This document shows, piece after piece, positions 55,419-64,000 of a DNA stretch of 64,000 bases. Every line of letters starts with the position of its first letter. Position 1 is the stretch's first letter. The stretch spans positions 256,001 through 320,000 of the forward strand of contig JBOEGF010000005.1 of the NCBI GenBank assembly GCA_050633305.1. The letters run 5' to 3'. The notes beneath the pieces are model-generated. The model was not told the DNA's origin and did no database searches. It was given only the letters and a program-made list of their open reading frames with translations. Source of the stretch: Nannocystales bacterium. Its GTDB lineage: Bacteria > Myxococcota_A > Polyangia > Nannocystales > Nannocystaceae. A program made the translations under genes and the position numbers.

Positions 55419-56927
55419 GTGAGCGTCGAGCCCTCCATGCCCCCCGCTGCGAGCTCAGGCGGGGACAATGAAGGTTGGGGCCGCGAAGCGGGCTGGGTCT
55501 CCAGCACCTACTTTGCCGAGGGCTTGCCCTACGCGCTGGTCAACAACGTCGCCGACGCGATGTTCACGATCATGGGGGCGAGCTTAGGTGCGATCGGGCT
55601 CACGGCGCTGTTCCACCTCCCGTGGAACCTGAAGTTCCTGTGGGGCCCCCTGCTGGACGCCTACGAGACCAAGCGATCCTGGCTTTGGATCTGCGAGGTG
55701 GTGCTCGGGGTGTTGGTGGTGTCGTTGGCCTTCACCTCGAGCAGCGAGACGGGGCTCGCGGTGGCCTCTGTTCTGTTCTTTGTGATCGCGGTGGCCTCGG
55801 CCACCCACGACATCGCGGTCGACGGCTACTATCTCGAAGCGCTCGACGACGCCGGGCAGTCGCGTTACGTCGGGCTTCGGGTTGCTGGGCATCGGGTCGC
55901 AACCTTGCTGGGGTTTGGGGGCTTCCTCATGCTCGCGGGCGCGACGAGCTGGCCGGTGGCCTGGGTCGTCGCGGCGGTGCTCCTGTTCGGTCTCGCGATC
56001 GGGCACGCCAGGTTCCTGCCCCGGGCGGAACCCCGAAAGAAGGCGGCAACCTCGCTGGGCCGGATGCTTCTGAGCCGTCGTGTGTTGTCGGGCTTTGGGG
56101 TCGTGGTCGCGCTGGTGGTGCTCGAACGACAGACCGCGGTGATGGGCTCGGCCCTGAACACCGTGGACGAGAGCCTTCGTGCCGTCGCGCCGTGGACCGC
56201 CAAGATCTCGATCTCGGGCTGGATCGGCATCTTGCTGCTCATCGCGTTGGGAGCTGTGCTGGCCATGTTGCCGCACATCCGCCGCCGCATCGAACGCAGC
56301 GACTCCGACTTCGCTCGGGCGTACGTCACCTTCCTCGAGCAACCGGACATCGGAAAGGCGTTGGCGTTTGTGATCACGTTCCGCCTCGGCGAGTCGTTCC
56401 TGCTCAAGATGCGCACGCCCTTCCTCCTCAAGGAAGTGCAGATGAGCGAAGGCGAGTTTGGGTTGCTGACCGCGACGATCGGCGTTGCGGCGACGATCGT
56501 CGCGTCCGTCATCGGCGGTCTGCTAATTGCGAAGCACGGGCTCCGGCGCTGGATCTGGCCGTTCGTCCTGAGCCAAAACGTCCTCAACCTGCTCTACATG
56601 GGCGTCGCGCTGGGGGAGCCCTCGGAGACCTCGATGGGCGTCCTCGCGTTCGTGATCGTCGCGGAGAACCTCGGGTCAGGTCTCGGTACCGCGGTCTTCA
56701 TGGTCTACATCATGCGATGCGCCGCACCGAGCCACCGGGCGTCTCACATGGCGATCGTCACCGCCGTGATGAGCGTGGGCTTTACGTTGGCGGGGGTGAG
56801 CAGCGGCTTCCTGGCCGAGGCGATTGGCTTCGCGCCGTACTTCGGCTTCACGTTCCTGGCGACCCTGCCCTCGATGCTGCTGATCCCGTTCCTCCCGCAC
56901 CTCGATCGACGGCCCGATGCGGCGTGA
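55419..56927 (+). CDS. ampG: AmpG-family MFS permease
   Basis: YFAEGLPY, LPWNLKFLWGPLLD, SATHDIAVDGYY. Confidence 0.82.
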   Translation: MSVEPSMPPAASSGGDNEGWGREAGWVSSTYFAEGLPYALVNNVADAMFTIMGASLGAIGLTALFHLPWNLKFLWGPLLDAYETKRSWLWICEVVLGVLVVSLAFTSSSETGLAVASVLFFVIAVASATHDIAVDGYYLEALDDAGQSRYVGLRVAGHRVATLLGFGGFLMLAGATSWPVAWVVAAVLLFGLAIGHARFLPRAEPRKKAATSLGRMLLSRRVLSGFGVVVALVVLERQTAVMGSALNTVDESLRAVAPWTAKISISGWIGILLLIALGAVLAMLPHIRRRIERSDSDFARAYVTFLEQPDIGKALAFVITFRLGESFLLKMRTPFLLKEVQMSEGEFGLLTATIGVAATIVASVIGGLLIAKHGLRRWIWPFVLSQNVLNLLYMGVALGEPSETSMGVLAFVIVAENLGSGLGTAVFMVYIMRCAAPSHRASHMAIVTAVMSVGFTLAGVSSGFLAEAIGFAPYFGFTFLATLPSMLLIPFLPHLDRRPDAA

Positions 56928-57120
56928 GAGGGGGATCCCGGGCTCGTCAAGGACGCAGGGACGGCTCGCCAGCCCGCGGTGTGTCGAAAGACGTCCCTTG
57001 GGAGCGTAAGCGCTGTCCTTGTCGCGCGTTGAGGCTCCACGGTGTGATAGGTCGGGTGGGCGCACGTACCGCCTACGAGACGCCCTTCGTGCTGGTGTAC
57101 CCTCGACCCCGAGCCAACTC

Positions 57121-57945
57121 GTGAGCGCTTCCGTCTCAGTTCTTGTCCTTCCGTTGCTGCTTGCAGCCTCACCCTCCGATGACCCGGCGGGCGACACCGA
57201 CCTCGTCGAGGTCTCCTCTGACACGCAGCTGGATGAAGCCGACGAGGATGAGGATGCGGACGACTACGGTCCGTTCTTCGAGGATGAACCTCCCGGCGAT
57301 CTCGAGTTCCTCGGTCAGCCTCGGCTCGGTCGGGTGCCCGTACTCTCGGTCGGTGAGGGCGCGTTTTGCTTCGTCGAGGGGACGTACTGCAAAGCCTCGA
57401 TGATTCTCTCCGCGGACGTCGGTGCGGGCATCCGTGCGCCGGCCAGCGATGAGGGTCCAGACATTCCCTACGCTCAGTTCACGTTCCGTGGCGGCGTCGC
57501 GATCCGGCCCTCGATGATTCGCCCTCGCAAACGCAAGGCGTGGGGGTCCTGGGGGATCGGGATTGTCTCGAGCTGGTCCAAAGGCACGGGCGCGGTCACC
57601 GTGCGGGGCGACTCCCAGTCTCAAGAGGTCGAGTCCTCGAACGACACCACCGTATTCCGCGTCGCGGCCATCAACCAGATGTGGCTCTCCAAGCGCAACC
57701 ACGCGACGCACCTCGACTTCACCTTCGGCGGAGCGCGCAGCGATGTGCTCACCAGCGGGGTGAGGCTGTGGGGCACACACGCCGAGGTCGCCATGGGCTT
57801 CGGAGGCTGGGGCGGTCTGTTCCTCAGCGGTGACTTTCTCGACCGCGACACCCGCGTGGTGCTTGGCTTCCGCGGGCACGGCATTGCGGCGGCCCCCATT
57901 GTTGCGATGGCCCTGGCCGGACTGGCTGCAGGAGGTGCGCTGTGA
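57121..57945 (+). CDS. Hypothetical exported beta-strand-rich protein (paralogue A)
   Basis: Signal-like N-terminus, acidic linker, CX6C, amphipathic strands, GFRG...AP hydrophobic tail. Confidence 0.7.
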   Translation: MSASVSVLVLPLLLAASPSDDPAGDTDLVEVSSDTQLDEADEDEDADDYGPFFEDEPPGDLEFLGQPRLGRVPVLSVGEGAFCFVEGTYCKASMILSADVGAGIRAPASDEGPDIPYAQFTFRGGVAIRPSMIRPRKRKAWGSWGIGIVSSWSKGTGAVTVRGDSQSQEVESSNDTTVFRVAAINQMWLSKRNHATHLDFTFGGARSDVLTSGVRLWGTHAEVAMGFGGWGGLFLSGDFLDRDTRVVLGFRGHGIAAAPIVAMALAGLAAGGAL

Positions 57946-59036
57946 ATCTCTCCATCCTTCTGACCGCCGGCCTGAGCACCGCAGTGCTCGGGAGCCAACC
58001 CGTCGCCGAGCCTGAGATTCAGCGGCCATCGGCGGTGGAGCCCGCTCCGGCTGAAGTGGCGGCACCCACAGAGCCCGCGCCCGACGCAGCGGCGCCCGCG
58101 GAGCCCGGTCCCGGTCCCGGTCCCGGTGAGGATGTCGCCGCTGCTGCCGACGCGGCCACCCCGACCGAGCCCCCTGTCGCGACGCCCCCGCAGCCCGCGA
58201 CGGAGCCTGCGGTCGAGCCCACTGCGCCGGAACCGGCCGCAGCCGTAGCCCCGACATCGTCCTCGGTGGACGGCGAGCGCTACGTCGTCGCAGCTGGCAC
58301 TGACGGAGGGCCTCCGTACTACGACGACGCCGACCTGGCGGCGCTTCGGACTCGGCATGGCATCGAGGTCGAGCCCCTGGAGCGTACCGACGGTCCGCGC
58401 TGGCGTTGCTTGATCGCAGACCCCGCCTGCGGCCGCAGCTTCGAGATCAACGCGCTGTCGGCCTACACGTACCGCGGACGCCAATCCAGCGTCGCCGGGG
58501 TCGGGGAAGATCCCCGCTGGAGCAGCGGTCGGGCGCAGTACGACTTCTGGATGAACCTGCCTGTCATGACCGAGGTCGCGGGCAATAAGCTGTTCTCCCG
58601 CATGACCCTCGGCCCCAAAGGCGGGCTGATCTTCAGCGACGGGGGCAGCACGTGGGGCAACCTCGGGATGGCGTTTCGGTACTGGATGGGCCGCGGACGC
58701 TGGGCTCCCACCGTCGAGTTCAGCAGTGCACTGACCTTCAAGATCGGGGAGCGGAGCACCAAGAACGCCGCGCTCCAGGATCCCAAGTGGAAGATGACGC
58801 GCGGACCGGTTGGCTTCACGGCCGATGTAGGGTTCGGGCTTGGCGGCTTCGGGGCGATCGTGCTGGGCGGTCAGTACGACAGCCCGTTGGCCCGTGAAGA
58901 CATCCCCGAGCAATATCGCACCTCTGCAGGTGGAGCTTTCTTCGTGGGCTTCCGCGGGAACATTCTGTGGGGTGCACCCGCTGCGGCCGCCGTGGCGACC
59001 CATGCCGTCACGCAGCGCAGCGTTGAGACGCCGTAG
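57942..59036 (+). CDS. Hypothetical exported beta-strand-rich protein (paralogue B)
   Basis: GTGA overlap with A; Pro/Ala linker, CX6C, amphipathic strands, GFRG...AP tail. Confidence 0.75.
   Translation: MNLSILLTAGLSTAVLGSQPVAEPEIQRPSAVEPAPAEVAAPTEPAPDAAAPAEPGPGPGPGEDVAAAADAATPTEPPVATPPQPATEPAVEPTAPEPAAAVAPTSSSVDGERYVVAAGTDGGPPYYDDADLAALRTRHGIEVEPLERTDGPRWRCLIADPACGRSFEINALSAYTYRGRQSSVAGVGEDPRWSSGRAQYDFWMNLPVMTEVAGNKLFSRMTLGPKGGLIFSDGGSTWGNLGMAFRYWMGRGRWAPTVEFSSALTFKIGERSTKNAALQDPKWKMTRGPVGFTADVGFGLGGFGAIVLGGQYDSPLAREDIPEQYRTSAGGAFFVGFRGNILWGAPAAAAVATHAVTQRSVETP
58104..58127 (+). repeat. (CCCGGT)4 in-frame microsatellite encoding PGPGPGPG
   Basis: Four exact hexamer copies. Confidence 0.85.
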
Positions 59037-59087
59037 AAGCGCCGCGTAGACCACGCTCGGCGATCATCCGCTGGTGCAAAGAATCGA

Positions 59088-59120
59088 AAAGCCCGGGACG
59101 TGGAAATCGTCTCGGGCTTT
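59088..59120. terminator. Probable intrinsic terminator (possibly bidirectional)
   Basis: AAAGCCCGGGACG-TGGAAAT-CGTCTCGGGCTTT stem-loop. Confidence 0.6.
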
Positions 59121-59236
59121 CGCGCGTTGGGCCGGATGTCACCACGCGCCCTCGCTGTCTCCGGTGGGTATTCCGGTTGCTGAGTCGGCGTCTTTCCGTG
59201 GAACAAAACGAATCCGTAGACGTCTGAACATCCGCC

Positions 59237-61204
59237 ATGCCGAGCACTCCGCGAACCCTTGCCGCCCTGAGCACTCTCGCCCTTCTCGCCATGGCGGCAG
59301 GAAACGCTGCGGAGGCCCGCTCGGTGTCCAACAAGAAGTCGGTCGCCGTGCAGGCGATGGTAGGGGAGCCACATTTCCGAGACCACCGGATGGGCGTCGC
59401 CATGGTGCCCGATTTCGCTCTCGCCGAGAAACCGGTGGGCGGCGGTTCAGCCCCCGGGGCGTCTCAGCCCGTCGGGCTTCATGGCAGCAACATCGCAGTG
59501 CTCAGCGGTGATGTGATCGTCGCAGATGCGGACAGCGGTGAGCTCGTTCGGACCACACCTGACGGCACCGTCGTTGCGTCGCTCGCGATCGGTGCGGGGG
59601 TCTCCCAAGTCGTGCTCGACCCGGATGCCCAACGAGCCTACGTCGCCGACCGGAGCCACGACCGCGTCGTGGTGGTGGACGTTCGAGACGGCTTGGCCGA
59701 GGTCGATTCCTTCCGCACCCCAACCGAACCGTTTGGCCTCGCGCTGAGCCCGGACCGAAGCACGTTGCTGGTCACCGCGGTCGCCGACCAAACCCTCAGC
59801 GCGATCGAACTCAGCACGGGGTTCGAGCGCTGGTCGATGACCGTCGGCCCTGAGCCGCGCGGCGTGGCGATCTCCCCCTCGGGCAACGAAGCGTTGGTCA
59901 CCTTCCTGACGACCGGCGTCGTGGGCCGGGTGTCGCTCAAGAACAAAGACCCGCGCATCGAGTACGTCTCGCTCGACCCCGCGGCGCCACAGGCTTCGCC
60001 CGGAATGCCATCCTCCCAACCCTCCGGCGACGAAGGCCGTGGGTTCGTTCGCAACGCGTTCGCAGCGGTCTACGCGGGCAACGGCGTGGCCGTCGTTCCC
60101 CACCAACTCAGCCTTCCTCAGGTGGCAAACCCTGAGATGCTCGGCGACACGGGTGGATACGGCGGCGGCGGTGCGTTTGCGTCACCGATCTCCCATCGCC
60201 TCGCGTTCCTTGGCATGCCCGACGAAGGGGAGTCCGGCCGGGTCGGCACCGCGTTCGCCACGACCAACGTTCACCAGCCTCGTGCGGCGACTTATGACGC
60301 CGCCTCCGACACGCTGTTCGTTGTAGGATACGGCTCCGACGATGTCCTGGCAGTCGCGGATGTGTCACAGGCCAGCGTCCACATGGCGTGGAAAGCACAC
60401 GTGCCGTCGTCCTCCGCATGCGGTCCCGAGGGCGTGGCGTACGACGCGGGCGCCGAAGAGGTTGTGGTCTTCTGCTCGTTGTCTCGGACGACCCATCGCA
60501 TGGCAGGCGCAAACGGCTCGCAGGTCGCCGACGGTCAGAGTGCTCCGCTGACGAAGAGTCATCTTTCGCAGTCGGCTCAACGTGGCCGGGAACTCTTCCG
60601 TCTGGGGAACAGCACCCGAGTCTCCAGCAATGGAGCGATGGCATGCGCGAGCTGCCACGCCGAAGGCCGCGCCGATGGCCTTACCTGGTTCCTGGCGGGT
60701 AACATCCTCCAGACTCCGTTCTTGTCTGGCCGCGTGATGGGCTCGCACCCGTTCAAGTGGGACGGCAAGGATGCAACGATCTCCGACAGCCTCAGCAACA
60801 CGGTCGGGCGCCTGGGTGGCACCGGAATCACCAAGGCCGAGGTCAAGGATCTCACCGCTTTCTTGGCCGCGATGCCTGCACCCCGCACGCCCTCGGCGGA
60901 GGAGCCCGCTGCGGTCGCCCGCGGACAGGCGTTGTTCGAGAGCAAGGCCACTGGCTGCGCGACCTGCCACAACGGCCCGCTGCTCACCGATCAGAAGGCC
61001 CACGGCATCGCAGAAGACCTTCCCGCGGTCGACACGCCCTCGCTGATCGGTTTGGCTGCGAGCGCGCCCTACTACCACGACGGCAGCGCGCCCACGCTTG
61101 CGTCGCTGCTTCGAGGCAAGGGCAACGTGCACGGCATGGGTCGGCTGTCCAAGCTCGACGAGTCGCAGATCGGTGACCTCGTCGCGTACATGAAAAGCCT
61201 CTAG
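59237..61204 (+). CDS. YVTN beta-propeller fused to a di-heme cytochrome c peroxidase/MauG-like domain
   Basis: AYVADR...VVVVD and EPRGVAISP repeats; CASCH and CATCH; DTPSLIG...APYYHDGS. Confidence 0.85.
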   Translation: MPSTPRTLAALSTLALLAMAAGNAAEARSVSNKKSVAVQAMVGEPHFRDHRMGVAMVPDFALAEKPVGGGSAPGASQPVGLHGSNIAVLSGDVIVADADSGELVRTTPDGTVVASLAIGAGVSQVVLDPDAQRAYVADRSHDRVVVVDVRDGLAEVDSFRTPTEPFGLALSPDRSTLLVTAVADQTLSAIELSTGFERWSMTVGPEPRGVAISPSGNEALVTFLTTGVVGRVSLKNKDPRIEYVSLDPAAPQASPGMPSSQPSGDEGRGFVRNAFAAVYAGNGVAVVPHQLSLPQVANPEMLGDTGGYGGGGAFASPISHRLAFLGMPDEGESGRVGTAFATTNVHQPRAATYDAASDTLFVVGYGSDDVLAVADVSQASVHMAWKAHVPSSSACGPEGVAYDAGAEEVVVFCSLSRTTHRMAGANGSQVADGQSAPLTKSHLSQSAQRGRELFRLGNSTRVSSNGAMACASCHAEGRADGLTWFLAGNILQTPFLSGRVMGSHPFKWDGKDATISDSLSNTVGRLGGTGITKAEVKDLTAFLAAMPAPRTPSAEEPAAVARGQALFESKATGCATCHNGPLLTDQKAHGIAEDLPAVDTPSLIGLAASAPYYHDGSAPTLASLLRGKGNVHGMGRLSKLDESQIGDLVAYMKSL

Positions 61205-61248
61205 CTTCCAACGCCCGGCATCGCCGCAATCTCGATAGACTTCGGCCC

Positions 61249-63378
61249 ATGCGATTCTCGAGCGCAACAGCGCTGGCGGTGGCGTGCCTCCTGTCAGGCT
61301 GTGGTCCCAAGCATGCGGACACGACTTCGCCCGAGCCAGCGCCGGCCACCACCCCGACGGAGGAGGAGGCGACGTCGCTGGGCACTCGAGCTGCGGAGCA
61401 TCCCGGGGTCGCACACTCGGCCAGCATCGATGCGGTCGCCATCGATCCAACCGGAGTCGCCGCGCTCACCCGAGATACCGTCGGGGGTCTACGGCTATGG
61501 ACTGCGCTGGACGGCTCTGCGGAGCCCCAGGTGGTGCCGATCTCCAATCCTCGCTCGATGGCCGTGTTGCAGGCGGGCAAGGACCGCTTCGTTGTCTTGG
61601 CTGTTGAGGCATCTGGAGGCGCCCGCTTCGTTTCGATGCGCTCCGACGGCCACGCGAAGGACATCGTCGCCCTACCGCCGTTCAACCCCGTGCTGCAAGT
61701 GGCGGCACTTCAAGGGGACCACGGCGGACAGTTCGTCGCGCTGATGAAGGACGGCTCGATTCGGCTGTTCGACCTGCAAGGGGAGGAGCGCGCGAGCTTC
61801 GACGACAAGGGCTTTCAGCCCAGCTCGATCCGAGCCAGTACGAACGGGAAGCATCTTCTCGCGCTCACTGAGATGGACCGGGTCGGGGCGGATGCAAGAG
61901 CAGAGGTCCAGCGGGTATCGGTCGGCGGACCCGCCGAAACTCTGACGCTCGAGCGCAGCGGCGTCCCTCAGATCGTCAAGACCACGGCCTCCATTACCGA
62001 CACCACGGTGACGTTCTCTCCGGACGGTACGGAGGTCGCAGTCCTCGCTCGAGCGACCTCGGCTGCGTGGGAGATCGAAGTGTACGACTTGGGCGCTGAC
62101 GCCGAGCCAACGAAGATCGAGGTCAAGTTCAGCCAGCATCAGCAGCCGCACCTGGGCTACACGAGCAAGGACAAGCTGTTGGTGTCCTCGAACGAGGGCA
62201 CGCTCTCGCAGCTCGTGGACACCGCCGAGTCCACCGTCCGGCTGCGCACCTCGATCCCGCAGGACTTCAACCACCAAGGGCGTGCTCAGGTGTCCGCGGG
62301 TGGGCGTCAGATCCTGGCCTACGGAACGTTCCTCTTCGTCCACGATGTGGCCGACAGGCAGCATCGGTTTCTCGGATACACGGCGACGCAGGGCAGCGGC
62401 GTCGGCTTGTCTCCCAACGGGGCCTATGTCGCGTGGGCCTATGCGCAAGGTCCGGTCGTCGTGGAGGCGATCGACGGGGCCACCGATACGGTGGAGGTCG
62501 ACTACGGCAACAACAACTTCGCGGGGACGCGGGTCCGCTTTCTCGACGACGACCACATCATCATCATTGACTCGACCGGTGAGGTCACGCTGTGGCACTG
62601 GCCGTCCAAGACCACGATCGGGCGAGCGGGCACGATGTCGAACGTCCGCAACGTGCACATGGACCCCGCGCAAGGGATTCTCGCACTCGAGCGCCACACC
62701 AACGAGGTTTGGGTGTACGAGGTCAGCGTCCAAGACGGCTTCGAGGGCCCCTACATCGTCGGCGACACGTCGCGTTCAGGTCTCGTGCGGCCGAAGCCCC
62801 CCTCGGATGTGGTCCTGTGGAGCATGCAAGCGTCGACCGGCAAGGTCCGAGAGTTCACGCTCGACCAGCTCCGGTCGGACATGACCACCGCGGAGTCCGA
62901 CGCGCTTGGTGTCGCATTGGTGTCCGGTCAGTCGCCGCCGCTTGCCGTGGACCCATACGGGCGTCAGTACGGCGTGCGCTGGAATGGAAAGTCCCTCGAG
63001 CTGTTCATCGTGCGGGGGAAGGAGACGCTGGGAGCGAGGACGATGTCGAGCAACGACATCAATCAGATCTTGCCCTCTCCACAGGGAGATCGCTTCTTGG
63101 CTGTTCTCAACCGGTCCGGGTCGGTGAGTGTCGCGATGCACGACACCGAAACGATGGAGTCTCAGTGGAGCTACGCCACGGGTGTGTTCAACTCGGACAC
63201 GGCATGGAGTGACGACGGTCGTTATGTCGCTTTCTCGGCGAATACGGGCGCTGTGCTGCTCGACGCGGAGAGCGGCGAGCCCGTGCTGTCTCGATGTGGT
63301 CTGCGGTTCTCCGCCCTGGGCGCACCTCCGAGCACGGCTTTCTCCGCGCCTAACCAGAAGAGCCTCTGCGAGCTGTGA
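61249..63378 (+). CDS. WD40-like beta-propeller lipoprotein
   Basis: Lipobox LSGC; repeated FSPDG/LSPNG/WSDDG blades and IRLFD/LRLW motifs. Confidence 0.8.
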   Translation: MRFSSATALAVACLLSGCGPKHADTTSPEPAPATTPTEEEATSLGTRAAEHPGVAHSASIDAVAIDPTGVAALTRDTVGGLRLWTALDGSAEPQVVPISNPRSMAVLQAGKDRFVVLAVEASGGARFVSMRSDGHAKDIVALPPFNPVLQVAALQGDHGGQFVALMKDGSIRLFDLQGEERASFDDKGFQPSSIRASTNGKHLLALTEMDRVGADARAEVQRVSVGGPAETLTLERSGVPQIVKTTASITDTTVTFSPDGTEVAVLARATSAAWEIEVYDLGADAEPTKIEVKFSQHQQPHLGYTSKDKLLVSSNEGTLSQLVDTAESTVRLRTSIPQDFNHQGRAQVSAGGRQILAYGTFLFVHDVADRQHRFLGYTATQGSGVGLSPNGAYVAWAYAQGPVVVEAIDGATDTVEVDYGNNNFAGTRVRFLDDDHIIIIDSTGEVTLWHWPSKTTIGRAGTMSNVRNVHMDPAQGILALERHTNEVWVYEVSVQDGFEGPYIVGDTSRSGLVRPKPPSDVVLWSMQASTGKVREFTLDQLRSDMTTAESDALGVALVSGQSPPLAVDPYGRQYGVRWNGKSLELFIVRGKETLGARTMSSNDINQILPSPQGDRFLAVLNRSGSVSVAMHDTETMESQWSYATGVFNSDTAWSDDGRYVAFSANTGAVLLDAESGEPVLSRCGLRFSALGAPPSTAFSAPNQKSLCEL

Positions 63379-63411
63379 GGCTACTCCGTCGGTTCGTTTC
63401 GCCGCGCGCTC

Positions 63412-63429
63412 GTGTCACTGACCTGTCAC
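63412..63429 (+). promoter_or_regulatory. Pho box (PhoB-type direct repeat)
   Basis: GTGTCAC-TGAC-CTGTCAC with 11-bp period, close to the CTGTCAT-N4-CTGTCAC consensus; TATGGT -10-like hexamer at 63451. Confidence 0.7.
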
Positions 63430-63468
63430 ACCTGACCCGGAGTCCGGCGTTATGGTGTGGCACTTCCC

Positions 63469-64000
63469 ATGAGCGGGACCATTCTCATCGTCGACGACGA
63501 GGCCGATATTCGGTCGACTGTAGAGTTCAACCTCTCTCGAGAGGGCTTCCGAACGGTGACGGCGGGGTTGGGCCGTGAAGCGGTCGAACGTGCAGCTGAC
63601 ACGCCACGGCCAGATCTGATCGTGCTCGACCTCATGCTCCCCGACATCTCGGGGACCGAGGTGTGTCGTCAGCTCCGTCAGTCCCCCAAAACACGAAGCA
63701 TTCCAATCCTCATGCTCACCGCCAAGACCGACGCGATCGACCGAGTCGTCGGGTTCGAGGTCGGCGCGGACGACTACGTCACCAAGCCATTCAGCGTGCG
63801 CGAGTTGGTGCTCCGGGTGAAGGCGATTCTTCGCCGATCCGGGTCCATCGAGGAACCCGCCGAAAACCTCAACATCGGGGTGCTTCGCATCGACGTCGAG
63901 GGGCACCGGGTTTGGATCGAAGGTGAAGAGGTCGTGCTCACGGCTCTCGAGTTCCGCCTGCTCACCACGCTGGTCAAGCGGCGCGGTCGGGTCCAGACCC
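63469..64000 (+). CDS. phoB: OmpR/PhoB-family response regulator, 3'-truncated (missing from the ORF track)
   Basis: My translation: MSGTILIVDDE...PDLIVLDLMLP...PILMLTAK...DRVVGFEVGADDYVTKPFSVRELVLRVKAILRR...LTALEFRLL. Confidence 0.82.
   Translation, partial: MSGTILIVDDEADIRSTVEFNLSREGFRTVTAGLGREAVERAADTPRPDLIVLDLMLPDISGTEVCRQLRQSPKTRSIPILMLTAKTDAIDRVVGFEVGADDYVTKPFSVRELVLRVKAILRRSGSIEEPAENLNIGVLRIDVEGHRVWIEGEEVVLTALEFRLLTTLVKRRGRVQT

Noticed and set aside
55475..57124. 549-aa alternative-frame ORF
   Set aside because: Arg/Gly-rich off-frame reading of the AmpG-like gene.
58104..58127. Hexamer repeat as a phase-variation switch
   Set aside because: The unit is a multiple of three and lies in a Pro-rich linker, so copy changes would not shift the frame.

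Overview
This is a high-GC, gene-dense chromosomal window. Its content points to Myxococcota, probably Nannocystaceae-like (inference): many lipoproteins with Ser/Thr-rich linkers, a MYXO-CTERM protein, a Hanks kinase and a DUF4388-like protein. I support about 58 CDS and saw no rRNA, tRNA, CRISPR array or intact mobile element. Main points: (1) a lipoprotein peroxiredoxin-like gene split by an in-frame TGA in a W-U-P-H-C motif, followed by a SECIS-like hairpin, so probably a selenoprotein that the ORF track broke in two, and coupled to a membrane-anchored glutaredoxin; (2) a ribbon-helix-helix plus Cys4 protein divergent from a fatty-acid desaturase, across an AT-rich operator-like region with repeats and a 17-bp palindrome; (3) a small peptide with three Cys-Cys pairs in front of an ArsV-like flavoprotein and an ArsK-like MFS, with no ArsR; (4) an orphan FlhA/SctV-type export gate; (5) a split Mla/Mce system; (6) an FRG gene next to a probable degraded transposase tail; (7) a stand-alone SecD-P1-like lipoprotein; (8) a tandem pair of unknown paralogues followed by a propeller-diheme enzyme; (9) a Pho box in front of a PhoB-like regulator. 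All family calls come from motif recognition by eye; no database search was run.
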